Positions 40,928 through 51,231 of a stretch of DNA of 64,000 bases are shown in pieces; within the stretch, counting starts at the first letter, position 1, and each line of letters starts with the position of its first letter. Below the pieces are notes generated by a model that ran no database searches, was not told where the DNA came from, and saw only the letters and a program-made list of their open reading frames with translations. A program made the position numbers and the translations under genes. The stretch spans positions 1 to 64,000 of the forward strand of contig CAXGAI010000017.1 of assembly GCA_964007735.1 (NCBI GenBank), written 5' to 3'. This DNA comes from an uncultured Rhodopirellula sp. (lineage in GTDB: Bacteria > Planctomycetota > Planctomycetia > Pirellulales > Pirellulaceae).

Positions 40928-41515
40928 CTAAGAATCATCCGCGTTTGACGTTTTTTTGAAATTTAACGTCATTTGTGGGGACTCAGACTCCGCATCGGGA
41001 TTTAATTCGCGATAGAGCAGGCTGGGCTGAATGTCACGATTATTTTGATATTTAGAGCTCTTATACTCCTGAATATCGCCGGCAACCTCATGATAGAAGA
41101 TCTGACAGATTTGTACGCCCGGATATATTTTCACCGGTTGCACGGCAAACATTTCCAAAGTCCAAAACCCTTTAAATCCCACGTCACCGAATCCAGCAGT
41201 CACATGCACGAACAACCCCAGCCGGCCGATCGAACTACGGCCTTCAATCATCGGAACCAGATCATGGGTTTCTGTCCGCTCTACGGTTCTACCTAGATAC
41301 AACTGATTGGGATTCAAGACCAGGCCGGATTCAGGAATCTTCAGTCGACGCACTCGGTTCACCTGACGCATGTCGAGGACAACTTCCTCGTACACCATGA
41401 CTTCATCATGCAGCGTCAGGTTATAACTATTCGGGTTGAGATTATCTTCATTAAACGGTTCGAGGTTAATCGTATCGCCGAGGCGTTTTTTAATTTCCTG
41501 ACCAGAAAGAATCAT
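40928..41515 (-). CDS. dcd: dCTP deaminase
   Basis: MILSGQEI; NPNSYNL; EGRSSIGRLG; TAGFGDVGFKG; TLE; SSKYQ. Start at 41515 is preferred over 41647. Confidence 0.93.
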   Translation of the reverse strand: MILSGQEIKKRLGDTINLEPFNEDNLNPNSYNLTLHDEVMVYEEVVLDMRQVNRVRRLKIPESGLVLNPNQLYLGRTVERTETHDLVPMIEGRSSIGRLGLFVHVTAGFGDVGFKGFWTLEMFAVQPVKIYPGVQICQIFYHEVAGDIQEYKSSKYQNNRDIQPSLLYRELNPDAESESPQMTLNFKKTSNADDS

Positions 41516-41660
41516 CGAGCTATCGATCCGAAATGGAGTGCGGGTTAGAGGGAGAAAAGCACGGTGCATAAACCAGCATTTGGTTATCGCATTTTGCGCC
41601 GCTTTACGCAAATTGTCGGCCACTTTTTTTGTTGGAATAGCTTCCAACTTCCCCGCTAAT

Positions 41661-42308
41661 TCATTTCACTCCGATTCGAGGGCAGAAATTCTTCATGCTG
41701 CATTCATCACAAATTGGCTTACGCGCATCACAGATAGCCCGTCCGTGATGAATCATGCGATGAGAATAATAGATCCAATCTTTCTTCGGAAGAACCGACA
41801 TCAAATCCCGCTCCACCTTGACCGGATCCTTTTCAAAGGTAATCCCGAGTCGTCGACTGATCCTTCCCACATGTGTATCCACCACCACCCCGGAAGGAAT
41901 CCCAAAGGCCGTGCCCAATAGCACGTTACCCGTTTTTCTGCCAACGCCGGCCAGCGCAACCAATTGATCTAGTTCCCTTGGGGGCTGCCCCTGATACTTT
42001 TCAACGAGTTCCTTAGCACAGGCTCGAATGTTTTTTGCCTTCGCTCGGTAAAACCCCGCACTCTTTACAATTTTCTCTACCTGTTTTTGCGTTGCTTTAG
42101 CCAACTCATATGCAGTTGGATATTTTGCAAACAATCCTGCCGTGACGATATTAACTCGCTCATCGGTACACTGTGCCGACAAGATCGTGGCAATCAACAA
42201 TTGGAACGGCGTCTCATAATTCAAAGCACATTCAGCGTCGGCGTAATGTTTCGCCAGATGGCGAACAACGCGGCGTGCATAGTTCTTTTCTTCGCGGGAA
42301 GCGGTCAT
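41661..42308 (-). CDS. nth: Endonuclease III
   Basis: LIATILSAQCTDERVN; HhH motif LAGVGRKTGN; VDTHV; Fe-S motif C-x6-C-x2-C-x5-C. Confidence 0.97.
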   Translation of the reverse strand: MTASREEKNYARRVVRHLAKHYADAECALNYETPFQLLIATILSAQCTDERVNIVTAGLFAKYPTAYELAKATQKQVEKIVKSAGFYRAKAKNIRACAKELVEKYQGQPPRELDQLVALAGVGRKTGNVLLGTAFGIPSGVVVDTHVGRISRRLGITFEKDPVKVERDLMSVLPKKDWIYYSHRMIHHGRAICDARKPICDECSMKNFCPRIGVK

Positions 42309-42428
42309 ATTGGTACGACGAGAAGGAAGGTTATACTAAAGGGTACGTTCGTCAACGTCTCATCCTATCCAATATAGCACGTGTAGAAATTATTCGACGA
42401 GCCGGAAAGCCTAAAGGAGCAAAACCCC

Positions 42429-42818
42429 ATGAGCGACCATCCATTCAACGTCGAAAAATACCATGAAGGAATCGAACTTTTTAATGATGTCGAATTCTTT
42501 GAGGCTCACGATGCCTGGGAGGAACTCTGGCAAGAATACCATGCCGAAGACCGCAAATTCTTCCAAGGGCTTATTCAGGTTGCCGTCTGCCTGCACCACT
42601 TCGGCAACGGAAATATTCGCGGAGCAAAAAAACTATTTCTTTCAAGCACCGCCTATTTGGAACCTTTCGCCCCGACACATTTAGGTTGCAATATCGAAAA
42701 ACTCATCCGCGAATTAACCGCCTGCTGTCAGGAGATACTAGATAGCACAGAAGAATTTCCCAAAATCGACATTATTCCGGACCTCATCCCCGAAATTCAC
42801 CTCGAAGGGTTCGAGTAA
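42429..42818 (+). CDS. DUF309 domain protein
   Basis: GIELFN..FFEAHDAWEELW; FFQGLIQVAV..HH..GN..GA. Confidence 0.9.
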   Translation: MSDHPFNVEKYHEGIELFNDVEFFEAHDAWEELWQEYHAEDRKFFQGLIQVAVCLHHFGNGNIRGAKKLFLSSTAYLEPFAPTHLGCNIEKLIRELTACCQEILDSTEEFPKIDIIPDLIPEIHLEGFE

Positions 42819-42911
42819 AGGGCCTTATTTACGAATCCACCATTGCAATCTAGTATAGAGGCTTAAGCAATAGGCTATTATCCAAACCACAGCGAATTAA
42901 CTGAAGACGAT

Positions 42912-43937
42912 ATGTCTAACCAAGAGCAAACTCACGCCAGTCCTGCTGGAACCAAGGATGTCGTTGCGAGAGAGATTATGGGAGAAAAGTATAGCAGCAG
43001 CTACGCTTCACCTATACGGACCTACGACCGCGAACTAACGGTTGACGAGGAATATATATCCTCTCTACCTGATTTGCAAAATGGCCCGTCGAGTTTAATA
43101 CAGGGTGCCCCGGTCGCTATTCAACAGGTGGGCATACATAATTTCAGACTGCCGCTGACCTATAAAAAGAGGGACGGTTCCACGATCGAACTCGAGACGA
43201 GTGTGACGGGTAGCGTTAGCCTCGAAGCCCATAAAAAGGGCATCAACATGTCTCGGATCATGAGGAGTTTTTACGCTCACAAAGACGAGACATTCAGCAC
43301 CAATAAAATCAAAGACGTTTTAGAAACATACAAAGAAAATCTGATGTGTTTCGACTCCCGGATTATGTTAAAAATCTCATACCCTATCGGACAAAAGAGT
43401 CTCCGAAGTGATTTAGAGGGGTATCAATACTACGATGTGGTATTTGAAGGTAATTTGACGAAAGAAGGGGATTTTGAAAAGTATATTCATTTTGATTTCA
43501 TTTACTCATCTGCCTGCCCTTGCAGCTTTGAGTTGAGCGAACATGCAGAGAAATATCGTAATCGAGCCACGGTACCCCACAGCCAGCGAAGTGTAGCTCG
43601 CGTAAGTGTAAATTTTGACGAGGTCTTGTGGGTTGAAGACCTACAGGAATTATGCCTCGCTGCCCTGCAAACGGAAACGCAGGTCATCGTTAAGAGAGAA
43701 GACGAACAAGCTTTTGCTGAAATGAATGCTTCATATCTCAAATTTGTAGAAGATGCAGTGCGGTTATTGTACGAAAAGCTTAATAACGAACCAAATATTA
43801 AAGACTTTAGAATTGTTGCGTCCCATAACGAGAGTCTCCATAGTCATAACGCAGTATCTGTTATCGTGAAGGGTGTCGAAAATGGATTCACCGCGGGGGT
43901 AGCAAGAGACGTATTTGAATCCACCGGTTTGCGTTAG
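42912..43937 (+). CDS. folE2: GTP cyclohydrolase FolE2 (type IB)
   Basis: LPDLQ; VGI; KKGINMSRI; SACPCS; HSQRS; VKREDE; FVEDAVR; ESLHSHNA. Confidence 0.95.
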   Translation: MSNQEQTHASPAGTKDVVAREIMGEKYSSSYASPIRTYDRELTVDEEYISSLPDLQNGPSSLIQGAPVAIQQVGIHNFRLPLTYKKRDGSTIELETSVTGSVSLEAHKKGINMSRIMRSFYAHKDETFSTNKIKDVLETYKENLMCFDSRIMLKISYPIGQKSLRSDLEGYQYYDVVFEGNLTKEGDFEKYIHFDFIYSSACPCSFELSEHAEKYRNRATVPHSQRSVARVSVNFDEVLWVEDLQELCLAALQTETQVIVKREDEQAFAEMNASYLKFVEDAVRLLYEKLNNEPNIKDFRIVASHNESLHSHNAVSVIVKGVENGFTAGVARDVFESTGLR

Positions 43938-44356
43938 GCCCCTATTCGGGCAATTCGGATGTGGATACAGAGATACTTCCCGGGCTGACTCGCTAGCCGA
44001 ACCGCCATTTACCTACATGTGGATTGAAGAGCTCTGTATGGAAAAACGGTGATTGACGAAAGAATTCCCCTTAAAAAAGGAAGCGGGGGGATGCCCGTAA
44101 CTCTCACTCATCGAAAACCTGACTATCTAACCTATATTCCAAATCGGCACGTAACAGGTATAAGTAAACTTCTGGCACTTCGCAACGAACTAACCAAACG
44201 GCGGTAGGTTCAAGAAAAAACACTAAAATCATCGTGCATCTGAGTCTAGATAACACCGGAATAGCTACTGCCCTGCGCAGCATCAAAAACCCCATTTTTT
44301 CAGCCGTTCAGAAATCGTAAAACTGATCTACGGAAAAACAGCATTAGGAATTAAAC

Positions 44357-45157
44357 GTGTCTCTACTTTGGGAAATCCTGCAATTTGTATTGCGACTCAG
44401 CTTTGGGGTTTCTCTTGCCATGGCCATCACAAACCCCAGGCACGTCACCAGTGGATTTTTCAAAGTGCATTTATGGGTCATCATGGGCCTCAATGTGTTT
44501 GGTGGGCTGGTTGTCTGGACCGTTTCCGACGAATATTTACCGGAGACCAGTGAACGTCTGGCTAGCCAAGCCAGCTTGTTAATACTAGTGATCACCAATG
44601 CTGTACTCAGTTATGCCGGCGCCGTCAGTTGGCTCTACGAAAAGACAAAGCCTGGACAATGGATCCTCGTTATTTTGACGGCACTTACGTTAACGACCGC
44701 CTATCAAAGCAGCGTCTTGCCGACGAATAACACAACATCTCACCACCTGGTATTGCTGGCTGATATCATTACCTCAGGACTTGTGGTGGGCAGTGTGACG
44801 ACAGCCATGCTGCTGGGTCATTGGTATCTAAACACTCCCACCATGGACCTGAAACCACTGCGAAAACTGCTCTGGCTGTGTGTCGTTGCGATCGCATTAC
44901 GTACCCTTTTGTCAGGCACCGGTACGACACTCACTATTCTCAACACTGAAGTCACCAATACGTGGTGGATTTTCGTATCACTGCGGTGGATTGCAGGCCT
45001 TATCGTCAGTCTTGGACTCATTTACATGACTTTTCTGACATTACGAGTACCCAATACTCAGAGTGCCACCGGAATCCTGTATGCGGCCACCATTGTTGTA
45101 TTCATTGGTGAACTAACAGCTCGTGTTTTAGCAGATAACGTCCTATACCCACTGTAG
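44357..45157 (+). CDS. Multi-pass membrane protein of unknown function
   Basis: About 7-8 hydrophobic segments; conserved-looking AMLLGHWYLNTP and NTQSATGILY. Confidence 0.75.
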   Translation: MSLLWEILQFVLRLSFGVSLAMAITNPRHVTSGFFKVHLWVIMGLNVFGGLVVWTVSDEYLPETSERLASQASLLILVITNAVLSYAGAVSWLYEKTKPGQWILVILTALTLTTAYQSSVLPTNNTTSHHLVLLADIITSGLVVGSVTTAMLLGHWYLNTPTMDLKPLRKLLWLCVVAIALRTLLSGTGTTLTILNTEVTNTWWIFVSLRWIAGLIVSLGLIYMTFLTLRVPNTQSATGILYAATIVVFIGELTARVLADNVLYPL

Positions 45158-45200
45158 TCTCAAGGTAGAATAAGACCTTCGATTTAACTCTCCATCCGGC

Positions 45201-45746
45201 ATGAACGTAACCTATTTTTGTAAGACCTGCGACAAGGTCACCCGCGTACCTTTTACAGCAGACTCTCAGGCTGTTTCATGTACGCGCTGCGCTGCCAAGC
45301 AAGCCTTTCCAAAGTCATTCTTAGACAAAGACGAAGAAGGCAACCACATACTACAACGATGTCCGATTTGTGGTAGTCATGAACTTTATTACAGGAAGCA
45401 GTTCAATCAGCGTCTGGGAATTTCCATCATCGCACTGGGATCAACGCTTAGCACGATTGCCTACGCTTATCACAACCTGTTTTGGACTTTTCTAATCCTC
45501 TTCATATTCGCTGGAATAGACCTGTTGTTTTATATTTTCATGAAAAATCTATTACAATGTTATAAGTGTAATAGTGAATTTCGTGGCTTCGATGATTCTC
45601 CGGAATATCAGCCCTTCAATCTCGAGGTCCATGAAAAATATCACCAACAACGCGTTCGACTCGAAAGAGCTGAAAAAGAACGCCAATGGCTGGAACAAGA
45701 GGCCCAGAATCAAGCGGACGATGATTCAAGACAGGCCGGGGCGTAA
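45201..45746 (+). CDS. Zn-ribbon membrane protein of unknown function
   Basis: Four CxxC pairs (CKTC, CTRC, CPIC, CYKC) flanking a 2-TM hairpin. Confidence 0.75.
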   Translation: MNVTYFCKTCDKVTRVPFTADSQAVSCTRCAAKQAFPKSFLDKDEEGNHILQRCPICGSHELYYRKQFNQRLGISIIALGSTLSTIAYAYHNLFWTFLILFIFAGIDLLFYIFMKNLLQCYKCNSEFRGFDDSPEYQPFNLEVHEKYHQQRVRLERAEKERQWLEQEAQNQADDDSRQAGA

Positions 45747-45758
45747 CACAGGTTAGCA

Positions 45759-48700
45759 ATGGATCAGGAACGAGCTCGCATTCTGGAAGACCTGCGAGGC
45801 GTGGTTGAGGGTGAGGTCCGGTGTGACGACCTTACTCTGCAACTTTATTCCAGCGACGCCAGCATCTACCAAATTCGACCGTTGGCTGTAGTTCGCCCAT
45901 TGCATACTCAGGATGTCGTCGCCTGTATACAATATGCCAACGAACACCACATTTCCATCCATGCACGGGGCGCCGGCAGCGGACTGGCTGGCGAATCCCT
46001 CGGACCGGGTATTATCATCGACTTTGCCCATTCGATGCGTCGGATTCTTGCATTCGACGGGGAGCGAGTCCGTATTCAACCCGGGGTCATCCTCGCTCGA
46101 CTTAATAAATACCTGGCAAAACACCATCGCATGTTTGGACCGGATCCGAGTAACCGTGATGTCACGACCATGGGAAGCGTTCTGGCACTGGACAACAGCG
46201 GCAGCCATTGGCTCAAATACCGCAGCCCTCGATTCCACGTGGAAGAACTCGAAGTTGTTCTTGCGGACGGTTCCGTGCTCAGGCTTAATCGCGAGTCAAA
46301 CACGGAAACCCTCTGTGCCATCCCTATCAAACGAGCTCTCTCAGACCCCGTCGAAGCACCAATCGTTTCCCGTCTGGACGAAATCCAGGAACGAATACGC
46401 AGCATCCTGACGACCCACCAGCAAACCATACTGAAACATACACCTAAGGCTCCTGTCCACCGTTGTGGGTACCATTTGGATAAATTAATACGGGAGGACC
46501 ACCTGGACCTGACGAAGCTGCTCGTCGGTTCCGAGGGAACGCTTGGCCTCATCACGGAAGCAACCGTTCGGACCACCCCTATCCCCGAGCAAACTGGCGT
46601 ACTATTGCTCTTCTTCGATCGGATCGACAAAGCCACCCAGGCCTCTCAATTACTGGGCAATATGGACATCTCTGCCTGCGACCTTATGGACCGCCGGCTC
46701 TTAGTCCTTGCCCGAGAAACGGACCCCCGCTTTGTGCGTTCCATCCCGGATGATGCGGAAGCAATGCTCCTCGTAGAAGTGGAAGGAACCAGTAGAAACG
46801 AAATCCGAGATCGATTGGCCAGGATTAGTGAAGCCATTCAACAACAGCATCACCTCGCATTTGCTAGTCGCCTGGCGTTAGAAAAGGTGGAAATCAAACA
46901 GGCCTGGTCGATCACTCAGAACGTCATCCCGACTCTTTACCGTCTGGAAGGTTCTTCACGGGCAATTCCTTTTGTGGAAGACATCGCCATTCCACCAGCA
47001 AAACTCCCGGAAGTTTTACCCCAAATCTACGCTGCGCTTCAAAAACACGCGACAACCGCTTCTCTCTTCGGACACCCCAGTCACGGAGTACTACATATTC
47101 GTCCGCTACTAAACGTCGACAACAAAAGTGACGTTCGTAAGCTACATGCGATCGCCAATGACATTTACCAGCCCGTTATTGAGGCCGGTGGAACCATTAG
47201 TGGCGAGCATGGAAGTGGTCTCAGTCGCACGTGGTTTATGCGGAAACAATTTGGCCCACTCTACGATGTTTTTGCGGAAGTAAAGCGGGTATTTGATCCA
47301 CGGCATATTCTCAACCCCGGCAAAGTCATTTCCGAAATGCCTCAACCCATCCACAACAACCTGCGACCTGTCAGTGTCAACCTGGCTACGCCACGCCGTT
47401 TCATGGCCGACGTAACCAATCAGGAGCAGGAACAACGCCCTCCCATGGATCTGCAACTTGCCTGGACACCGGAAGAATTAGCATACAGCTCACGAGCTTG
47501 TAACGGATGTGCACGATGTCGTGACGAATCAGAAGCAACTCGGATGTGTCCGATCTTTCAATTCGCTCCACGTGAAGAAGCCAGCCCGCGAGCCAAAGCC
47601 AATCTATTACGAGGAGTTATCACAGGGCGACTACCTCTAAGCACTCTCGGGGAGGAAGAAACCAAAGCCATGGCAGACTTATGTGTCAACTGCCATCAAT
47701 GTCGGGTAGAGTGTCCGGCAGGTGTTGACATTCCTAAAATTGTGCAAGAAACCAAAGCGCAATACGTAAGTTCTAATGGACTAAAAATAACCGACTCGAT
47801 CTACACCAAGCTCGACCGAACCGCTCGTTGGGCTCACCGTTTCCGTTGGTTCTACAACTGGAGCATTCGTAATCGACAAATGCGATGGCTGCTGGAAAAA
47901 CTCACTGGACTCGCCCAGGGAAGGAAGCTCCCCGAGGTTGCGGGGACCAGTTTTCTTAAATGGGCCGCAAGAAATCGGCTAACGAAATCAAATCGAGAAC
48001 CTGGTAACAAAACCTTGTATTTCGTCGACATTTTTGCGAACTGGTTCGATCCGGACCTCGCTAAATGTCTTGTGGCAGTCTTAAAGCATCACGGGATTAG
48101 CGTCTTTGTCCCTAGCGAACAACAGTGGTCAACCAGTTCCGCCATCGCAGAAGGCGACATGGATTATGCGCGGGCCATTGCCCGACGAAATGTAACCATG
48201 CTTGCCGAGGCTGTCAGGCTAGGATATACAATCGTTACCACGGAGCCTACTGCTGCTATGTGCTTAACTCAGGAATACCCAAACCTCCTTGGTGATGACG
48301 ACGCTCAGTTAGTCGCTGAAAACACGCAGGATGCCTGTCACTATTTATGGGGACTACACGAAGACGGCAAACTGGAGCTTGATCTACAACCGGTGAACTA
48401 TCAGGTTGGATATCATTTGCCTTGCCACCTAAGAGCCCTGGAGAAATTCACACCGGGCGAACATCTACTGCAGCTAATCCCCGGACTTACCGTTCAGCGC
48501 ATCGAAAAAGGCTGTTCCGGTATGGCAGGGACATTTGGTTTACAGAAGAAAAACTATCGAAATAGCCTGCGTAGTGGCTGGGGGCTGATCAGTACGATGA
48601 GAGATTCTGCAATTCAGGTAGGGACGACCGAGTGCAGCGCGTGTAAAATCCAAATGGAGCAAGGAACCACAAAGCCGACCCTCCATCCGATCAAATTATT

Positions 48701-48776
48701 AGCTCACGCTTATCGTCTGGCCCCTCAGGTAAGTCAGCAGTTAGCACAACCATCCCGAGACTTAACCACGTCATGA
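45759..48776 (+). CDS. FAD-linked oxidase + 4Fe-4S + GlpC/CCG-type fusion oxidoreductase
   Basis: YSSDASIY; RGAGSGLAG; GSEGTLG; SGEHGSG; NPGK; CNGCARC and CVNCHQCRVECP; CSGMAG. Confidence 0.9.
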   Translation: MDQERARILEDLRGVVEGEVRCDDLTLQLYSSDASIYQIRPLAVVRPLHTQDVVACIQYANEHHISIHARGAGSGLAGESLGPGIIIDFAHSMRRILAFDGERVRIQPGVILARLNKYLAKHHRMFGPDPSNRDVTTMGSVLALDNSGSHWLKYRSPRFHVEELEVVLADGSVLRLNRESNTETLCAIPIKRALSDPVEAPIVSRLDEIQERIRSILTTHQQTILKHTPKAPVHRCGYHLDKLIREDHLDLTKLLVGSEGTLGLITEATVRTTPIPEQTGVLLLFFDRIDKATQASQLLGNMDISACDLMDRRLLVLARETDPRFVRSIPDDAEAMLLVEVEGTSRNEIRDRLARISEAIQQQHHLAFASRLALEKVEIKQAWSITQNVIPTLYRLEGSSRAIPFVEDIAIPPAKLPEVLPQIYAALQKHATTASLFGHPSHGVLHIRPLLNVDNKSDVRKLHAIANDIYQPVIEAGGTISGEHGSGLSRTWFMRKQFGPLYDVFAEVKRVFDPRHILNPGKVISEMPQPIHNNLRPVSVNLATPRRFMADVTNQEQEQRPPMDLQLAWTPEELAYSSRACNGCARCRDESEATRMCPIFQFAPREEASPRAKANLLRGVITGRLPLSTLGEEETKAMADLCVNCHQCRVECPAGVDIPKIVQETKAQYVSSNGLKITDSIYTKLDRTARWAHRFRWFYNWSIRNRQMRWLLEKLTGLAQGRKLPEVAGTSFLKWAARNRLTKSNREPGNKTLYFVDIFANWFDPDLAKCLVAVLKHHGISVFVPSEQQWSTSSAIAEGDMDYARAIARRNVTMLAEAVRLGYTIVTTEPTAAMCLTQEYPNLLGDDDAQLVAENTQDACHYLWGLHEDGKLELDLQPVNYQVGYHLPCHLRALEKFTPGEHLLQLIPGLTVQRIEKGCSGMAGTFGLQKKNYRNSLRSGWGLISTMRDSAIQVGTTECSACKIQMEQGTTKPTLHPIKLLAHAYRLAPQVSQQLAQPSRDLTTS

Positions 48777-49021
48777 CGCTTTACATCAAGCTATTTGCCG
48801 TCGCTGTGCAAAAGGCGGGCACGACCAATCTGGAAATCGATTGCCCCACACCCACCACCGTAGGCGATCTTAAACAGGCAGTCATTGCTGCCTGCCCGGC
48901 ACTTAGCGAAATCACTACTCACTGCAGATTTGCTGTCGACGACGAATTTGCGACCGATACTACTATTGTGACCGAAAATTCGTCTCTAGCTATCATTCCA
49001 CCGGTGAGTGGCGGAGCATAA
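48773..49021 (+). CDS. moaD: Molybdopterin synthase sulfur carrier subunit MoaD (C-terminus GG-A)
   Basis: KLFA; RFAVDDEF; AIIPPVSGGA*. Start overlaps the upstream stop (ATGA); adjacent to moaE and moaA. Confidence 0.9.
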   Translation: MTLYIKLFAVAVQKAGTTNLEIDCPTPTTVGDLKQAVIAACPALSEITTHCRFAVDDEFATDTTIVTENSSLAIIPPVSGGA

Positions 49022-49059
49022 CCCTCCTCACCAATTTCAAATCTTAGCATTTTGTTTAC

Positions 49060-49479
49060 ATGATCCGCATTACGAACGACCCTATCGACAACAACGCAGT
49101 CCTCGAGTCTGTCCAGAACAATCGAGCCGGAGCTGTCGTTCTTTTTCTTGGTACCACAAGAAATGTTACGGGAACCCGCGAAACAGATTCGCTGGATTAT
49201 GAATGTTTTGAATCAATGGCGATAAAACAACTGGAAGCACTGGAAGCCACGGCTCGCCAACGCTGGGACATCATTGAGATTACAATCGTCCATCGCCTAG
49301 GACACCTTCTACCAGGAGAAGCCAGTGTCGCCATCGCCGTCAGTTCCCCTCATCGAGTCACCGCTTTTGAATGTGGACAGTGGCTTATCGACACCCTCAA
49401 GCAAGAGGTTCCCATTTGGAAGAAAGAAAATTGGTCTGACGGAACACAGCAATGGGTTCACCCGGGAATGGAGGACTGA
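49060..49479 (+). CDS. moaE: Molybdopterin synthase catalytic subunit MoaE
   Basis: GAVVLFLGTTR; LDYE; HRLG; SSPHR; LKQEVPIWKKE. Confidence 0.96.
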   Translation: MIRITNDPIDNNAVLESVQNNRAGAVVLFLGTTRNVTGTRETDSLDYECFESMAIKQLEALEATARQRWDIIEITIVHRLGHLLPGEASVAIAVSSPHRVTAFECGQWLIDTLKQEVPIWKKENWSDGTQQWVHPGMED

Positions 49480-49482
49480 CCC

Positions 49483-50484
49483 ATGCAGAGGAGACCTTCA
49501 CTCACCGACAGCTTAGGAAGAATCCACACAAACCTCCGTATGAGTGTGACTGATCGCTGCAACATCCGTTGCTTCTACTGCATGCCGGAGGAGAATGTAG
49601 AGTTCAAACCACGTGATGAAATTTTAACCTTCGAAGAGCTCATTCGTTTTGCACGCATCACGTCAGAACTCGGCGTCAATAAGATTCGTTTAACCGGAGG
49701 GGAGCCCCTTCTCCGTAAAGACCTGCCTCAATTAATTCGGGAACTGCACAAACTTAACGGCATCACGGATATTGCGTTAACAACTAATGCCGTATTACTT
49801 GCTGATCAGGCCGAGGCGCTTAAGCAGGCAGGTCTGGATCGTATCAACATTAGCCTCGACACATTAAACGACGAAACGTTTTTCCGGCTTTCAAGACGCC
49901 GCGGGATCGACAAAGTGCTCGAAGGAATCCAGGCTGCTCAGGAAGTCGGTATGAGAAGAATACGACTCAATGCGATTGCCATTCGAGGCCTGACCGAGAC
50001 CGAGATCCTGCCTCTGGCCCATTTCGCTCTAGAACGCTCTCTGGAACTTCGTTTTATTGAATTCATGCCACTCGACGCGGATGACAACTGGGGGAGTCAG
50101 GCAGTCCTTACCGGTCAGGAAATACGCCAGGTTCTAGAAAAAGAGTTTGGTACACTTCTGGCAGCAGAACGCCCCGACGCCAGCCAGCCAGCCGTCGACT
50201 TCAAGTTTGCTTCCGGTGAGGGGCGGATTGGATTCATAAACCCCGTCTCCGAACCGTTTTGCGATTCCTGTAACCGTTTAAGAATTACTGCAGAAGGCAA
50301 AGTTCGAAATTGCCTGTTTTCGATTGCCGAATGGGATGCTCGCCAAATGCTTCGGGACGGTAGTTGTGACGCGCAACTCGAACAACTCATTCGCGATTGT
50401 GTGGCCAACAAGAAGCCAGCTCACGGGATCGATACTCCGGATTTTGAAAAACCTAAGCGGGCAATGTATCAAATCGGCGGCTAG
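49483..50484 (+). CDS. moaA: GTP 3',8-cyclase MoaA
   Basis: CNIRCFYC radical-SAM motif; RLTGGEP; FIEFMP; FCDSCNRLR; C-terminal IGG. Confidence 0.97.
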   Translation: MQRRPSLTDSLGRIHTNLRMSVTDRCNIRCFYCMPEENVEFKPRDEILTFEELIRFARITSELGVNKIRLTGGEPLLRKDLPQLIRELHKLNGITDIALTTNAVLLADQAEALKQAGLDRINISLDTLNDETFFRLSRRRGIDKVLEGIQAAQEVGMRRIRLNAIAIRGLTETEILPLAHFALERSLELRFIEFMPLDADDNWGSQAVLTGQEIRQVLEKEFGTLLAAERPDASQPAVDFKFASGEGRIGFINPVSEPFCDSCNRLRITAEGKVRNCLFSIAEWDARQMLRDGSCDAQLEQLIRDCVANKKPAHGIDTPDFEKPKRAMYQIGG

Positions 50485-50904
50485 CTAAATCCTCATTTGC
50501 TTTCGCTGGCCTTCAATCTCCTCAAGAGAGTAAACCTTGCCGGCACCGCTCCCAGGACATTCTTCACAAGTTTCTTTCCAGGATTTTTCACTTTTCAAAT
50601 TAGAGTCCCAAAACGGCCAGGTTCTGCACTGAATAGGTCTAGCTCCATAAACCTGGCAACCTTTATTTTCCGTGTCAAAAAAAACACAGTCACCATTGGG
50701 AAACTCCCGTAGAGACCGCCGTGCTCCAATTTTCCTGACATAGGTATCCTCGAACTGCTCCGACGCCATACCTACTTCTTCGGCAATGGCGTCTATCTCA
50801 GCTTGGCTCACCCAAACAAAACCAGGAGCCCCCGTACAGCAATCACCACACTGACTACATTCAAAGCGTAATCCATCGGTATACCAGGGCGTTTCGCTCG
50901 TCAA
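50485..50904 (-). CDS. YkgJ family cysteine-cluster protein
   Basis: CSQCGDCC; CVFF; CQVYGARPIQCRTWPFW; CPG. Confidence 0.9.
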   Translation of the reverse strand: MTSETPWYTDGLRFECSQCGDCCTGAPGFVWVSQAEIDAIAEEVGMASEQFEDTYVRKIGARRSLREFPNGDCVFFDTENKGCQVYGARPIQCRTWPFWDSNLKSEKSWKETCEECPGSGAGKVYSLEEIEGQRKQMRI

Positions 50905-51130
50905 AATAAATACTCTACAGTTTCAGCGGTGGAAAGTAACGATTCCAATTATAGCGATTAGTAAAACTTTATCGATTACCTCAAGATTATGGACTCAGAA
51001 CTCGATGGAAATAGTGTGGGCGCCGTGCGTTTTGGATAAAAATGCGCGAAAAGCGCTCGAAAACAGACCACAAACTACCAAGGAGGACGGCAACACAATA
51101 AAGAGAATTGAAATCCACAGGTTAGTCTAT

Positions 51131-51159
51131 TTGACTTAAATGCCTGTGATTTCTACACT
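51131..51159 (+). promoter_or_regulatory. sigma70-type promoter for the HU/IHF gene
   Basis: TTGACT (51131-51136), 17-nt spacer, TACACT (51154-51159). Confidence 0.6.
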
Positions 51160-51231
51160 TAGAGCGTTCTCAAAGCACGACACTTGAAGTCCTGTAACAC
51201 CTTCGTTCATTGGAAAATCGATCTTAAAATC

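Noticed and set aside
44104..44295. 63-aa minus-strand ORF after folE2
   Set aside because: No SD, no motif and no operon context; not supportable without homologs.
49019..49062. Read-through or fusion of moaD into moaE
   Set aside because: The genes are in different frames and I saw no convincing slippery site.
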